A DNA stretch of 59,202 nucleotides, taken from the NCBI GenBank assembly GCA_946500895.1, contig CAMMXG010000004.1, positions 1-59,202 of the forward strand, in the 5' to 3' direction. The notes beneath the pieces are model-generated. The model was not told where the DNA came from. It saw only the letters and a list, made by a program, of their open reading frames with translations, and ran no database searches. The translations under genes and the position numbers were made by a program. Positions 46,411 through 55,325 of the stretch are shown here, one piece after another. This DNA comes from an uncultured Mycoplasma sp. Lineage in GTDB: Bacteria; Bacillota_I; Bacilli_A; RF39; UBA660. Positions within the stretch are counted from its first letter, which is position 1; the number at the start of each line of letters is the position of its first letter.

Positions 46411-47622
46411 ATGTATTTGAGAACTTTTGATTTTGAACGTGTTAGTATTGTCGAAATTGTAAATGATATTATTTTAGATGCGATAAAAAGGAAAGCTAGT
46501 GATATTCATTTTGATCCAATTGAAGAATGTTTAATGGTGCGTATTCGTATTGATGGAGAATTACAAGATTATGCGAAAATTCCAAATATACTCAAGAAAA
46601 ATGTTGTTACCAGAATTAAAATTATCAGTGGGATGAATATTACCGAAACAAGAATGCCTCAAGATGGAGCAATAAAAAATGTTATTAATCAGGTAGCTTT
46701 AGATCTTCGTGTTTCATCTCTCCCTTGTGTTAATGGCGAAAAAATGGTTATCAGAATTCTTGATTATAGTATGAGTTTAAATGGCCTTGAAAATTTAGGA
46801 TTCTCAGAAATAAATTTAAATAGACTAATAGACATGATAAAAAAACCAAATGGACTTATTTTAGTTACTGGTGCTACCGGTACTGGTAAATCAACTACTG
46901 TTTACTCTATCTTGCAGAAACTAAATACCAAAGAGCGAAATATTATTACAGTTGAAGATCCTGTCGAAATGAAAATTGATAATATTAATCAAGTACAAGT
47001 TTTAAGTGATATTGGACTTACCTTCTCTCATACTTTACGTAGTATCTTAAGACAAGATCCAGATATTATCATGGTTGGGGAAATTCGTGATAATGAAACT
47101 GCTAGAATTGCAGTTCGGGCTAGTATTACTGGTCACCTTGTTTTATCAACAGTTCATACCAATAACTCTTTAACAACCATTGAAAGATTACTCGATATGG
47201 AAGTAGAACGTTATTTACTCGGTAGTGCTCTAACTGGTATTGTTTCTCAAAAATTAGTTAAAAAACTTTGTCCAAAATGTCGGGGAACTAGACCTACTAC
47301 ACCATATGAAAAGAAACTTATCAAAAAACATTTAGGAATTATGGTTAATGAAGTATATACACCTGTAGGTTGCAAGTATTGTAATCATGGATATATGGGT
47401 AGAATTGCTATTCATGAAGTACTTTCTATTAATGAAGAAATTAGAGAAGCAATTACGACAAATGTAGATCGCAAAACTTTAAAAGAACTTGTTTATCACT
47501 CTAAAAAAGATGTTACAACCATGTTTGAGGATGGTCTGTCTAAAGTTATTGAGGGGTTAACTAGTATGGAAGAAATTATGAAAACAATTGATGTAGAAGA
47601 AGAACAAGAATTAGAAGTATAA
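46411..47622 (+). CDS. GspE/PilB/ComGA-family type IV filament assembly ATPase
   Basis: ASDIHFDP, Walker A GATGTGKSTT, IIMVGEIRD, GHLVLSTVHTN, tetracysteine CPKC...CKYC. Start uncertain (ATG 46411 or TTG 46417 after AGGTGA). Confidence 0.85.
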   Translation: MYLRTFDFERVSIVEIVNDIILDAIKRKASDIHFDPIEECLMVRIRIDGELQDYAKIPNILKKNVVTRIKIISGMNITETRMPQDGAIKNVINQVALDLRVSSLPCVNGEKMVIRILDYSMSLNGLENLGFSEINLNRLIDMIKKPNGLILVTGATGTGKSTTVYSILQKLNTKERNIITVEDPVEMKIDNINQVQVLSDIGLTFSHTLRSILRQDPDIIMVGEIRDNETARIAVRASITGHLVLSTVHTNNSLTTIERLLDMEVERYLLGSALTGIVSQKLVKKLCPKCRGTRPTTPYEKKLIKKHLGIMVNEVYTPVGCKYCNHGYMGRIAIHEVLSINEEIREAITTNVDRKTLKELVYHSKKDVTTMFEDGLSKVIEGLTSMEEIMKTIDVEEEQELEV

Positions 47623-47633
47623 AAAAAAGATTC

Positions 47634-48128
47634 CTACTTGGAATCCTTTTTTTGAAAGATCATTTTTATTAATGTAGCTATATAACTTACAATTAAAATG
47701 ATTATATATTCAAAGAATAAGTATAGAAGCATTATCTTATATGTGACAATTAAATTATCAGTTTGATAGTAATAAATAAACGGAATGATATTTATTATGA
47801 TTAAGAGAATAATTTGAATTATATTATCTTTCCAGAAATTCTTTTTGAAAGGATTTCTTTTTTCATAAAAGAAACTGACAAATAAATATAAGCACATAAT
47901 AGCAAATAAATATTTATCGACAAATTCTCGGTCAAAAGAAGCAAAATACCAAAAACAGATGATTAATAAAAGTGTATCTAAACGAAAAATTCTAAAGATG
48001 TTTTTTCCTAGATATTTTAAAGAAAATTTTTGATAGTTTTCATTATTTAAGTTATTAAGCATACTAACAATTATAATTAATATCCATGGTATAAAAGTTA
48101 TAAATGTTACATATTTTTCTAATTCCAT
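47634..48128 (-). CDS. polytopic membrane protein, unknown function
   Basis: 164-aa hydrophobic ORF overlapping the queH stop by 10 nt. Confidence 0.5.
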   Translation of the reverse strand: MELEKYVTFITFIPWILIIIVSMLNNLNNENYQKFSLKYLGKNIFRIFRLDTLLLIICFWYFASFDREFVDKYLFAIMCLYLFVSFFYEKRNPFKKNFWKDNIIQIILLIIINIIPFIYYYQTDNLIVTYKIMLLYLFFEYIIILIVSYIATLIKMIFQKKDSK

Positions 48129-48730
48129 ATATGCTCACTCCCGTATAAACATCCACAATAATCTTGACGATATAAATTGTAAGCTTTACTCATTTCAATA
48201 CTCTTCTTATAACCATCATTCTTTTTAAAATCGCCATAAATATATTTGATGTTTTCTTCTTTGCTAATTTTTTCTCCTATTTCGTTTATCATGGTACTAT
48301 TTTTATAGGGACTTACCGTAAGGGTTGTCCCAAAATACTCAAAATTATTTTCTTTGGCAACTATTGCCGTTTTTTTCATTCTTAAATAGAAGCATTTATT
48401 ACATCTAGCTCCCCCTTCAGGAATATTTTCTAGACCTTTGGCCATCTCTTTAAATGAATTATTGTCATATTCGCAATCTAAAAAATGAATCTTTGCTTCT
48501 TTATACTCGTTTAGAAATCTTTTTTGTTCGCTTTTACGATGAAGATATTCTTCTAAAGGTTCAATATTGGGATTATAATAAAAAACAGTTATTTCAAAAT
48601 AATCCTTTAAAAAATCAATTACTTCTGTTGAACAGGGCCCACAACAACTGTGTAATAATAAGCTAGGCTTACCATTTAAGCCTTTAATTAGCTCTTCTAA
48701 TTTTTTTTGATAATTAATCTTCGGCTCCAT
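48119..48730 (-). CDS. queH: epoxyqueuosine reductase QueH (DUF208)
   Basis: LLLHSCCGPCST motif and C-terminal CGCLYG. Confidence 0.8.
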   Translation of the reverse strand: MEPKINYQKKLEELIKGLNGKPSLLLHSCCGPCSTEVIDFLKDYFEITVFYYNPNIEPLEEYLHRKSEQKRFLNEYKEAKIHFLDCEYDNNSFKEMAKGLENIPEGGARCNKCFYLRMKKTAIVAKENNFEYFGTTLTVSPYKNSTMINEIGEKISKEENIKYIYGDFKKNDGYKKSIEMSKAYNLYRQDYCGCLYGSEHIWN

Positions 48731-49484
48731 CTACTTCTTCACCCCCACTATCGGTTTCTTCTTCAGTATCACTACCAAATGCCTCAAAAATAATATTATC
48801 AGCATTATAGCTATCTAAATAAACAGTACCATGTAGTTCTCCTACTGTTGCAAATATCTCTTCATAATCGTTTAGTCTTTCCATATTGATTATATTTACA
48901 TAAACATGATTAGTATCATTCATTCTTAGTAAAAAGCGATATTCATCAATTACAATATCATTGCTGATATCTGGATCATATTCAATTTCATTAATCATTT
49001 TAATAATATCAGGATCAATTTCACTAAAAGCATCAATGAAATCATTTAATATGTCAGTTGGTACATAATTAATAAGGGTTGGTATTCCTAGATATTTAGA
49101 ACTGGTTTCCACTTCTTTTTTACTACTTAGTACCACTTTATTGGTGTTGCGATTGTAAAATAAAGGAGTTGCTTCTTTAATTTTAATTGTTAATTTTCCA
49201 GTTAATGTTTTATCTATTTCAACGCTTTCTACTAATTCTAGACTACTTATTTTTTCCTCTAATTTCTTTTTACTAGTTTTAAATATAGCTGGATAATCTT
49301 TAATTTCAGCTGCTTCAATAATTTCATTATCTGTTAAAAGGGTTGTACCAGTAATATAAATATTTTTGATTGGCATCGTAAAAATGGTATACAAAATCAT
49401 TACTATTAAATAAATGATTAATAGTAATATAATAACAGCTTTTAAATTTAATCTTCTTCTTTTTACCCTTTTTAATTCTGCCAT
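48714..49484 (-). CDS. divIB: cell division protein DivIB/FtsQ
   Basis: Basic N-terminus, single TM segment, POTRA-like segment (IKNIYITGTTLLTDNEII), position after murB, acidic C-terminal tail. Confidence 0.75.
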   Translation of the reverse strand: MAELKRVKRRRLNLKAVIILLLIIYLIVMILYTIFTMPIKNIYITGTTLLTDNEIIEAAEIKDYPAIFKTSKKKLEEKISSLELVESVEIDKTLTGKLTIKIKEATPLFYNRNTNKVVLSSKKEVETSSKYLGIPTLINYVPTDILNDFIDAFSEIDPDIIKMINEIEYDPDISNDIVIDEYRFLLRMNDTNHVYVNIINMERLNDYEEIFATVGELHGTVYLDSYNADNIIFEAFGSDTEEETDSGGEEVDGAED

Positions 49485-49487
49485 TTC

Positions 49488-50366
49488 CTACTTCCAATCA
49501 ATAATTTCTTGTTCTAACACTAAGTCCACATCAAAATTCTGCTTCACTTGTGTATGCACTAATTTTATCAAATTTTTGACATCATTACTAGTAGCATTAC
49601 CAGTATTGACAATAAAATTGGCATGTTTAGGAGATATCATAGCTCCTCCAATACTTTTTCCCTTTAGACCACACGATTCAATTAAACGTCCTGCATGATC
49701 TCCTTCGGGATTTCTAAAGACACTTCCTGCAGATGGCATATCTAATGGTTGAGTCGCCATTCTTCTTTCTTTACGTTCTTCTATTAATTCTAAAGATTTT
49801 TCTTTATCTCCTTTTTCTAGTACAAAGGTTGCTTCCAATACAATCCATGTTTTTCCTTTTAAATCAGTATGTCTATAAGAATGTTTAATTTCTTCTTTTT
49901 TTATCTCTTTTATCTCTAAATTTTCATCTAATACTTTAATACTTACTAAATCATCAAACATCTCTTTATTGTAAGCTCCCGCATTGCCAACAATACTTCC
50001 ACCAATGGTTCCAGGAATATTAATAGCCCATTCAAGTCCAGTTAAATTATGATTGATTGATGCACATGATAATGTTCCCATCATGGCTCCAGCCTCAGCA
50101 GTAATAATTTTATCATTTACTGTAACTTTATTTAACCCATCTAATTTAATAATTGCTCCATCAAAATAATCATCAATTACGATGTTGGAACCAGCTCCTA
50201 AAATAAAATATTTTATGTTGTGTTCTTTTAAATATTTTAATATGTTAATTAAACCTTCTAAGTTTTCTACTCTAATTAAATATTTAGCACTACTTTCAAT
50301 TTTATAGGTATTTAAATTTTTTAATGATGCATTTTCAGTTATAGTTATTCCTTTTAATTCATTCAT
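49488..50366 (-). CDS. murB: UDP-N-acetylenolpyruvoylglucosamine reductase
   Basis: FILGAGSNIV, GIEWAINIPGTIGG-like segment, SAGSVFRNP, GGAMISPKHANFIVN. Confidence 0.92.
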   Translation of the reverse strand: MNELKGITITENASLKNLNTYKIESSAKYLIRVENLEGLINILKYLKEHNIKYFILGAGSNIVIDDYFDGAIIKLDGLNKVTVNDKIITAEAGAMMGTLSCASINHNLTGLEWAINIPGTIGGSIVGNAGAYNKEMFDDLVSIKVLDENLEIKEIKKEEIKHSYRHTDLKGKTWIVLEATFVLEKGDKEKSLELIEERKERRMATQPLDMPSAGSVFRNPEGDHAGRLIESCGLKGKSIGGAMISPKHANFIVNTGNATSNDVKNLIKLVHTQVKQNFDVDLVLEQEIIDWK

Positions 50367-51441
50367 TTGTCAAGCTCCTAATCTCACGAACAATAATTTC
50401 ACTGCTGTCGTTTTTTCCTAGATTTTTCAAGTTCATTTTCATAATTTCATACTTTTTCTTATCACTTAAAAGATCAGTTACCATATTAAATAAAGTAGTA
50501 CCATCTAACGCATCTTCTTCAATCATTAAACCAGCATTATTTTTTACTATTTCTAAAGCATTATAATATTGATGGTTATTTGCTACATAAGGACTAGGAA
50601 TGAATATTGCTGGTAGATTTAAAGCTAAAATCTCACTCATAGTTGATGCTCCAGCACGTGTTACAATTAAATCACAATTACGCATTAATCCAGCTAAATT
50701 ATCTAGATATGGTAATACTTTTATATTACTTCCAAAACGTGTTCCTTTGATAAATTCTTCATAGTGACTTTTACCTGTAATATATAATACTTGATAATCA
50801 CTTTTTTTACTTAATCTCAAAAATTCTTTTAATTTTTCATTTACAGAACTACTACCAAGAGAACCTGCTACGACAATCACTAACTTCTTTTTATTATCTA
50901 AACCAACATCACTTTTTTTGATTTCTTTCGTTGTTAAAGCATTTTCACCACATGGGTTTCCGGAATAAATCACTTTTTTAGCTTTAGGAAATTTATTTAG
51001 AGTACTTAAAAATGATACTGCGACTAAATCAACACCTTTAGATAAAAATTTGTTGGTTTTCCCAACGATGCTATTTTGCTCATGTAAAAAAGTTTTGATA
51101 TTTAACTTTTTGGCAGCTTTTAAGACAGGATAAGTAACATAGCCACCAAAGCCTAAAACAATATCAGGTTTAAATTCCCTTAATAATTTTAAACACTTAC
51201 GATAACTTTTAGAAACTAAAAAGATATTTTTGACATCTCTTAAAATATTTTTACTAAAACCATATATCTCTATGCCAACATAATTAATTCCTCTTGCTGG
51301 GATAATTTCACTTTCCATACGGTTTTTGGTACCAATATATAATACCTCTAAATTTTTGTCTTCTTTCTTAAGTTTTTCTAGTACCGCTAAAGCTGGATAG
51401 ATATGCCCGCCGGTTCCACCAGCACTAACAACTACTTTCAT
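50359..51441 (-). CDS. murG: undecaprenyldiphospho-muramoylpentapeptide beta-N-acetylglucosaminyltransferase
   Basis: SAGGTGGHIYPALA N-terminus and TRAGASTMSEI C-terminal motif. Confidence 0.92.
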   Translation of the reverse strand: MKVVVSAGGTGGHIYPALAVLEKLKKEDKNLEVLYIGTKNRMESEIIPARGINYVGIEIYGFSKNILRDVKNIFLVSKSYRKCLKLLREFKPDIVLGFGGYVTYPVLKAAKKLNIKTFLHEQNSIVGKTNKFLSKGVDLVAVSFLSTLNKFPKAKKVIYSGNPCGENALTTKEIKKSDVGLDNKKKLVIVVAGSLGSSSVNEKLKEFLRLSKKSDYQVLYITGKSHYEEFIKGTRFGSNIKVLPYLDNLAGLMRNCDLIVTRAGASTMSEILALNLPAIFIPSPYVANNHQYYNALEIVKNNAGLMIEEDALDGTTLFNMVTDLLSDKKKYEIMKMNLKNLGKNDSSEIIVREIRSLTNE

Positions 51442-51518
51442 AAACTCACCTCTTATTTAATTATACTATAAATTTCAGAAAAAACTATCTTTTTTTCATT
51501 TTTTCCCTATTTAAAGGC

Positions 51519-51542
51519 AAAAAAAAGAAGCATTTCAGCTTC
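51519..51542 (-). terminator. intrinsic terminator after the 438-aa gene
   Basis: Minus strand GAAGC-tgaaat-GCTTC followed by T8. The stem includes the stop codon. Confidence 0.6.
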
Positions 51543-52858
51543 TAGGCGGTTGCTATGACATAAGGATTTGAACTAGTACCATCACCACTAGAAATGGTAA
51601 CATCTGCTTTTAGGTTGATGACTGGTCGGACGCCATATCCGTTGCTTAATTCCACATTTGTACTATCAAGGTCGCCATTCGCATCTACAATGAATACAAG
51701 AGCATTATTATAATAATTAGATGGAGACATAGTCCAATAGTATTGTCCTGTATATAGATAATAACTTGTATTATTTATATCCCATACTCCTCCAGCATAG
51801 GCTACTTCATCTGCCGTAATTAATCCGATTGGATATTGCAAGGCTTTATTCCCTTTACTTGCATTACTTATTGTGAACAAGTCTCTATTATTGGTACATT
51901 CAAAGGTTGGCTGTTTATTTTTGTATAGTCTGATATATCCTGCGTAGTATGTTGTTGTTGAGCCTGTTCCTCCTTGGTTATTAGTACTGCTACTACTTGT
52001 ACTTGGTTGTCTATCATTGCAGAATCCTGCATTTGTATCGATATCGTCGGCATAATTTGCTAGATTACTTGAGTACCAGTTATTTAGTACCCCAAGTATC
52101 GTACTGTTGGTTCCTGTTCCATGTACATTATTGTTTGTATATTTAAATCCTACATAAGCATTATCATTATATGAACTATTGAACGCACTTGTTCTTATTT
52201 GCATTTCTGTTCCGGTTGCAGTTGCACTGTTTCCCTGATAAATTAATCTTATTGTGCCATCACCATTAATACGTATTATTCGCCAATAGAAATTAGCAAA
52301 ATATACCCAGTTATCGGTCGGATTTCCTGCAAAGTAATATACTTCGCCATCATTATCATACTGTCTTTCGTCTAATGATTTATATATTGTTCCGGTTGTT
52401 GTATTTGTTATAGTGGTACTAAAATCACTTCTTGTTAAAACTGTTGGATAATTTGATAATAAGATATCTTTCATTAAAGGTATATATTCCACAAAATCTA
52501 AATAACATTTTGTTCCTTTTGTAGTAAATGGTGTTACATTTAATGTTTTTGTATTACTATCATAGTTTATAGTTATATTTCTATCTTTTTCACCATTTAC
52601 AGTACAATAACTATTTTCAGTTAATTTATAATTACCATCTGGGATACTATCTACATTTTCTCCATCTACAGTGATAGCAACAATATTTAAGTCTGCCAAA
52701 CTATAATTTATTGTTCCATTAACAAGTGGTATTGATTGTGTAACTCTATATTTTGCTTTTGTAAAGTTTAGTATTACTGCACTAATAATTAGTATTGTTA
52801 CTACTCCTATAATAATATTTCTTTTTAAATGACTTTTCTTTAATGTTTCAATCTTCAT
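51542..52858 (-). CDS. N-terminally membrane-anchored extracellular protein, paralog of 6207..7511
   Basis: Same N-terminal 50 aa and the same FYWRIIRINGDG, YWTMSP, GVRPVINLKAD...NPYVI blocks. The central region differs and carries an STSSSSTNNQGGTGSTTT low-complexity run. Confidence 0.6.
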   Translation of the reverse strand: MKIETLKKSHLKRNIIIGVVTILIISAVILNFTKAKYRVTQSIPLVNGTINYSLADLNIVAITVDGENVDSIPDGNYKLTENSYCTVNGEKDRNITINYDSNTKTLNVTPFTTKGTKCYLDFVEYIPLMKDILLSNYPTVLTRSDFSTTITNTTTGTIYKSLDERQYDNDGEVYYFAGNPTDNWVYFANFYWRIIRINGDGTIRLIYQGNSATATGTEMQIRTSAFNSSYNDNAYVGFKYTNNNVHGTGTNSTILGVLNNWYSSNLANYADDIDTNAGFCNDRQPSTSSSSTNNQGGTGSTTTYYAGYIRLYKNKQPTFECTNNRDLFTISNASKGNKALQYPIGLITADEVAYAGGVWDINNTSYYLYTGQYYWTMSPSNYYNNALVFIVDANGDLDSTNVELSNGYGVRPVINLKADVTISSGDGTSSNPYVIATA

Positions 52859-53015
52859 AATCTAACACCTTTCATGATGCTAGGCTTCATTTTAAATACC
52901 ATTAAAATTATCTATCATAGATATATGATAAGTTTCCTAGCTTATAGTTAAATTATAAATATAGCTAGATAAAAAGTCAAGAAAAATGTGTTATTCCCCT
53001 GTGTAAAACTTTTTT

Positions 53016-53032
53016 TAACAATATTATTGTTA
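53016..53032. promoter_or_regulatory. palindrome TAACAAT-N3-ATTGTTA just upstream of the dual-HTH gene
   Basis: Perfect 7-bp arms, 20 nt before the ATG at 53053. Confidence 0.45.
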
Positions 53033-53052
53033 GAATTATTTTGGTGATAAAA

Positions 53053-53505
53053 ATGAAATTTGATAGAATGTTAGAATTAAGAGAAGAAAATAATTTGTTA
53101 CAAAAAGATATAGCTAGCATTTTAAATATATCTGTTGGTACGTATGCTATGAATGAAGAAGGACACGATACTATTACTTTAAAAAATTTAATTAAGTTTT
53201 GTGATTATTTTAATATTTCAATTGATTTTATATTTGGCTTTGCTAATGATAGAAAATATGAAAATTATCAATTAAATTTTAATCCAGAAGTGTTACGTTT
53301 AAGAATTAAAGAAGTCAGAAAAGAAAATAAATATACTCAAGTAATGATTGGAAATTTTTTAAATATCGACCATTCGGTATGGTGTCGATATGAACAAGGA
53401 AAAACAATTATTCCCACTACTTTCCTTTATGAGTTTTGTAATAAATTTTCTGTTAGCGCCGACTACCTCTTAGGTAAAATTGATAGTCCTAAATACCTTA
53501 AATAA
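53053..53505 (+). CDS. XRE-family regulator with two tandem HTH domains
   Basis: LLQKDIASILNISVGTYAMNEEG... and a second unit YTQVMIGNFLNIDHSVWCRYEQG... ATG after GGTGA. Terminator CCTTA/TAAGG+T8 at 53496-53519. Confidence 0.8.
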   Translation: MKFDRMLELREENNLLQKDIASILNISVGTYAMNEEGHDTITLKNLIKFCDYFNISIDFIFGFANDRKYENYQLNFNPEVLRLRIKEVRKENKYTQVMIGNFLNIDHSVWCRYEQGKTIIPTTFLYEFCNKFSVSADYLLGKIDSPKYLK

Positions 53506-53546
53506 CTAAGGTTTTTTTTATTATTTTCGACAAATCGTCGAATTTT

Positions 53547-53590
53547 GTCGAACGCTTTTTCTTGCTTTTTAAAGTACCATCATTCATAAT
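53547..53590 (+). promoter_or_regulatory. promoter with upstream GTCGAAC box (locus B)
   Basis: GTCGAAC (53547-53), 8 nt, TTGCTT (53562-67), 17 nt, CATAAT (53585-90). The box is part of the inverted repeat TTCGACAAA...TTTGTCGAA. Confidence 0.55.
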
Positions 53591-53596
53591 AAAGTC

Positions 53597-53831
53597 TTGA
53601 GCATTAGGCCTGGTGTCTACCAGATAATTCCTGCTATTTGTCTACCTCCTTACCTCTTGAGGTTTTGGTTGATAAACAATAGAAAGGGTTGTGTGGTTAG
53701 TATGAGGAAGTTGTTCCAAATACTTATATCGTGGTTTAGACCAAAAAAGACATCAACCACTATTATTGTGCAAAACAATATAGAGGTTAATGTCTACTCC
53801 AATAACAAGTAGGCATTTAGTCCTAATGCTC
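53597..53831 (+). ncRNA. structured leader/small RNA between the locus B promoter and the helicase gene
   Basis: 10-bp 5'-3' closure GAGCATTAGG (53599-608) / CCTAATGCTC (53822-31), hairpin CTGGTgtctACCAG, and ACCTC/GAGGT helix over a possible SD. Confidence 0.35.
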
Positions 53832-53882
53832 TACTAAATTAAGTTTAACATATTTATAATAAAATAACAAGATGGAGTTTAA

Positions 53883-55325
53883 ATGAAGTTAGAGGTTTTA
53901 GGATATGAACTAGATAAAGAACAAACAAATGCTGCTTTAGTAAATGATTGCAATACAATTATTATTGCAGGTGCTGGGGCTGGTAAAAGTACTACGATGG
54001 TTGGTAAAATTAAATATTTGGTATTATATGAACATGTCCTTTTAGAAAATATTTTATGTATTACTTTTACGAATAATGCAGCGAATAGTTTAGAAGAAAA
54101 AATAAATAAAGAATTGGGATTAAAGGGAAAAGTATATACTTTTCATAAACTTTCTTTAGAAATATTAAAAGAATATCATATTAATTATCGTATTGCTGAT
54201 GCTGATTTATTAGAGTATTTAATTGATGAAATATTTGCTTGTATACACAGCTCTTATTTGGAAAAGTTATTTTTGAATAAAAATTACTTAGAAAGCCAAG
54301 AATTTTTAGATTATAAAAAAGTTATCGCGCGTTTTATTAAACTTTTTATTGCTAACTTTTATGATGCTAAGTATTTTCAAGACATTTTAAGGAAGGCTAA
54401 AAGAAAAGATATGCCTATGTTAAAAATTATTAATAAAATATATGAAATGTATATTTTAGAAAAAGCGTCTTCAGGAATTATAGATTTTGATGATATGATT
54501 TATATGGCAACTAAATTAGTAAAGATAAAAGGCATTAATAGGTCTTATCAATATATTATTGTTGATGAATATCAAGATACCTCTCTTGTACGAGAAAATT
54601 TGGTGCAAGCTATAAAAGAGAAAACGGGTGCTTTTGTTACCGTTGTGGGTGATGATTTTCAATCTATTTATCGTTTTTCGGGTTGTGATATTAATAATTT
54701 TTTGGAATTTAAAAAACATTTTAAGCCAGTGAAAGAACTTTATATTACAAATACTTATCGTAATAGTAAAGAACTAATTTATGTAGCTGGAACTTTCATT
54801 ATGAAAAATCCCAGACAAAGGAAGAAAAATTTGAAATCTGATAAAAGTATTGCTAAACCTATTGTCATATGTTATTACAAAAATATAAAAAATGATTTTT
54901 ATAAACTTTTAAATATAATCCATTCTCCTAATTTAATGATACTGGGTAGAAATAATGCTGATATTTATAAAGTATTAAATGATAAATTAAAATTTTTTAA
55001 TAACAAAATCATTTTAGATGATTATAATATCTATTATAAAACCATTCATAAAGCGAAAGGATTAGAAGAAGATAATGTGTTAATTATTAATTTATCTAAT
55101 GATACAAATTCTCTTCCCTCTAAAATAAAAGATGAAAAAATATTAAGGTATGTAATTAAACATTTTGATATCTATCCTTTTGAGGAAGAACGAAGACTAT
55201 TTTATGTAGGAATTACTCGTACTAAAAATTACTGCTATTTATTTGTTCCTAAAGATAACCCTTCGATATTCGTTAAAGAATTACAAAAAAATTATAGAGA
55301 ATATATCTCTATAATAAATCTTTAA
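53883..55325 (+). CDS. UvrD/Rep/helicase IV-like superfamily 1 DNA helicase (compact, 480 aa)
   Basis: Walker A AGAGAGKST, DEYQDTS (motif II), VVGDDFQSIY, TIHKAKGLEED, FYVGITRTK. Confidence 0.85.
   Translation: MKLEVLGYELDKEQTNAALVNDCNTIIIAGAGAGKSTTMVGKIKYLVLYEHVLLENILCITFTNNAANSLEEKINKELGLKGKVYTFHKLSLEILKEYHINYRIADADLLEYLIDEIFACIHSSYLEKLFLNKNYLESQEFLDYKKVIARFIKLFIANFYDAKYFQDILRKAKRKDMPMLKIINKIYEMYILEKASSGIIDFDDMIYMATKLVKIKGINRSYQYIIVDEYQDTSLVRENLVQAIKEKTGAFVTVVGDDFQSIYRFSGCDINNFLEFKKHFKPVKELYITNTYRNSKELIYVAGTFIMKNPRQRKKNLKSDKSIAKPIVICYYKNIKNDFYKLLNIIHSPNLMILGRNNADIYKVLNDKLKFFNNKIILDDYNIYYKTIHKAKGLEEDNVLIINLSNDTNSLPSKIKDEKILRYVIKHFDIYPFEEERRLFYVGITRTKNYCYLFVPKDNPSIFVKELQKNYREYISIINL

Noticed and set aside
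53597-53812. 71-aa track ORF as a real protein
   Set aside because: It begins at a non-ATG codon right at the predicted transcription start with no SD, and its first third is the structured leader. Only the internal 36/47-codon part is even plausible, so it is discussed as a finding rather than called as a gene.
53883-55325. UvrD-like helicase as part of a known defence system (e.g. Gabija GajB)
   Set aside because: There is no OLD/TOPRIM ATPase-nuclease or other partner gene adjacent. The neighbours are thiI (convergent) and an XRE gene. A lone SF1 helicase is insufficient evidence.
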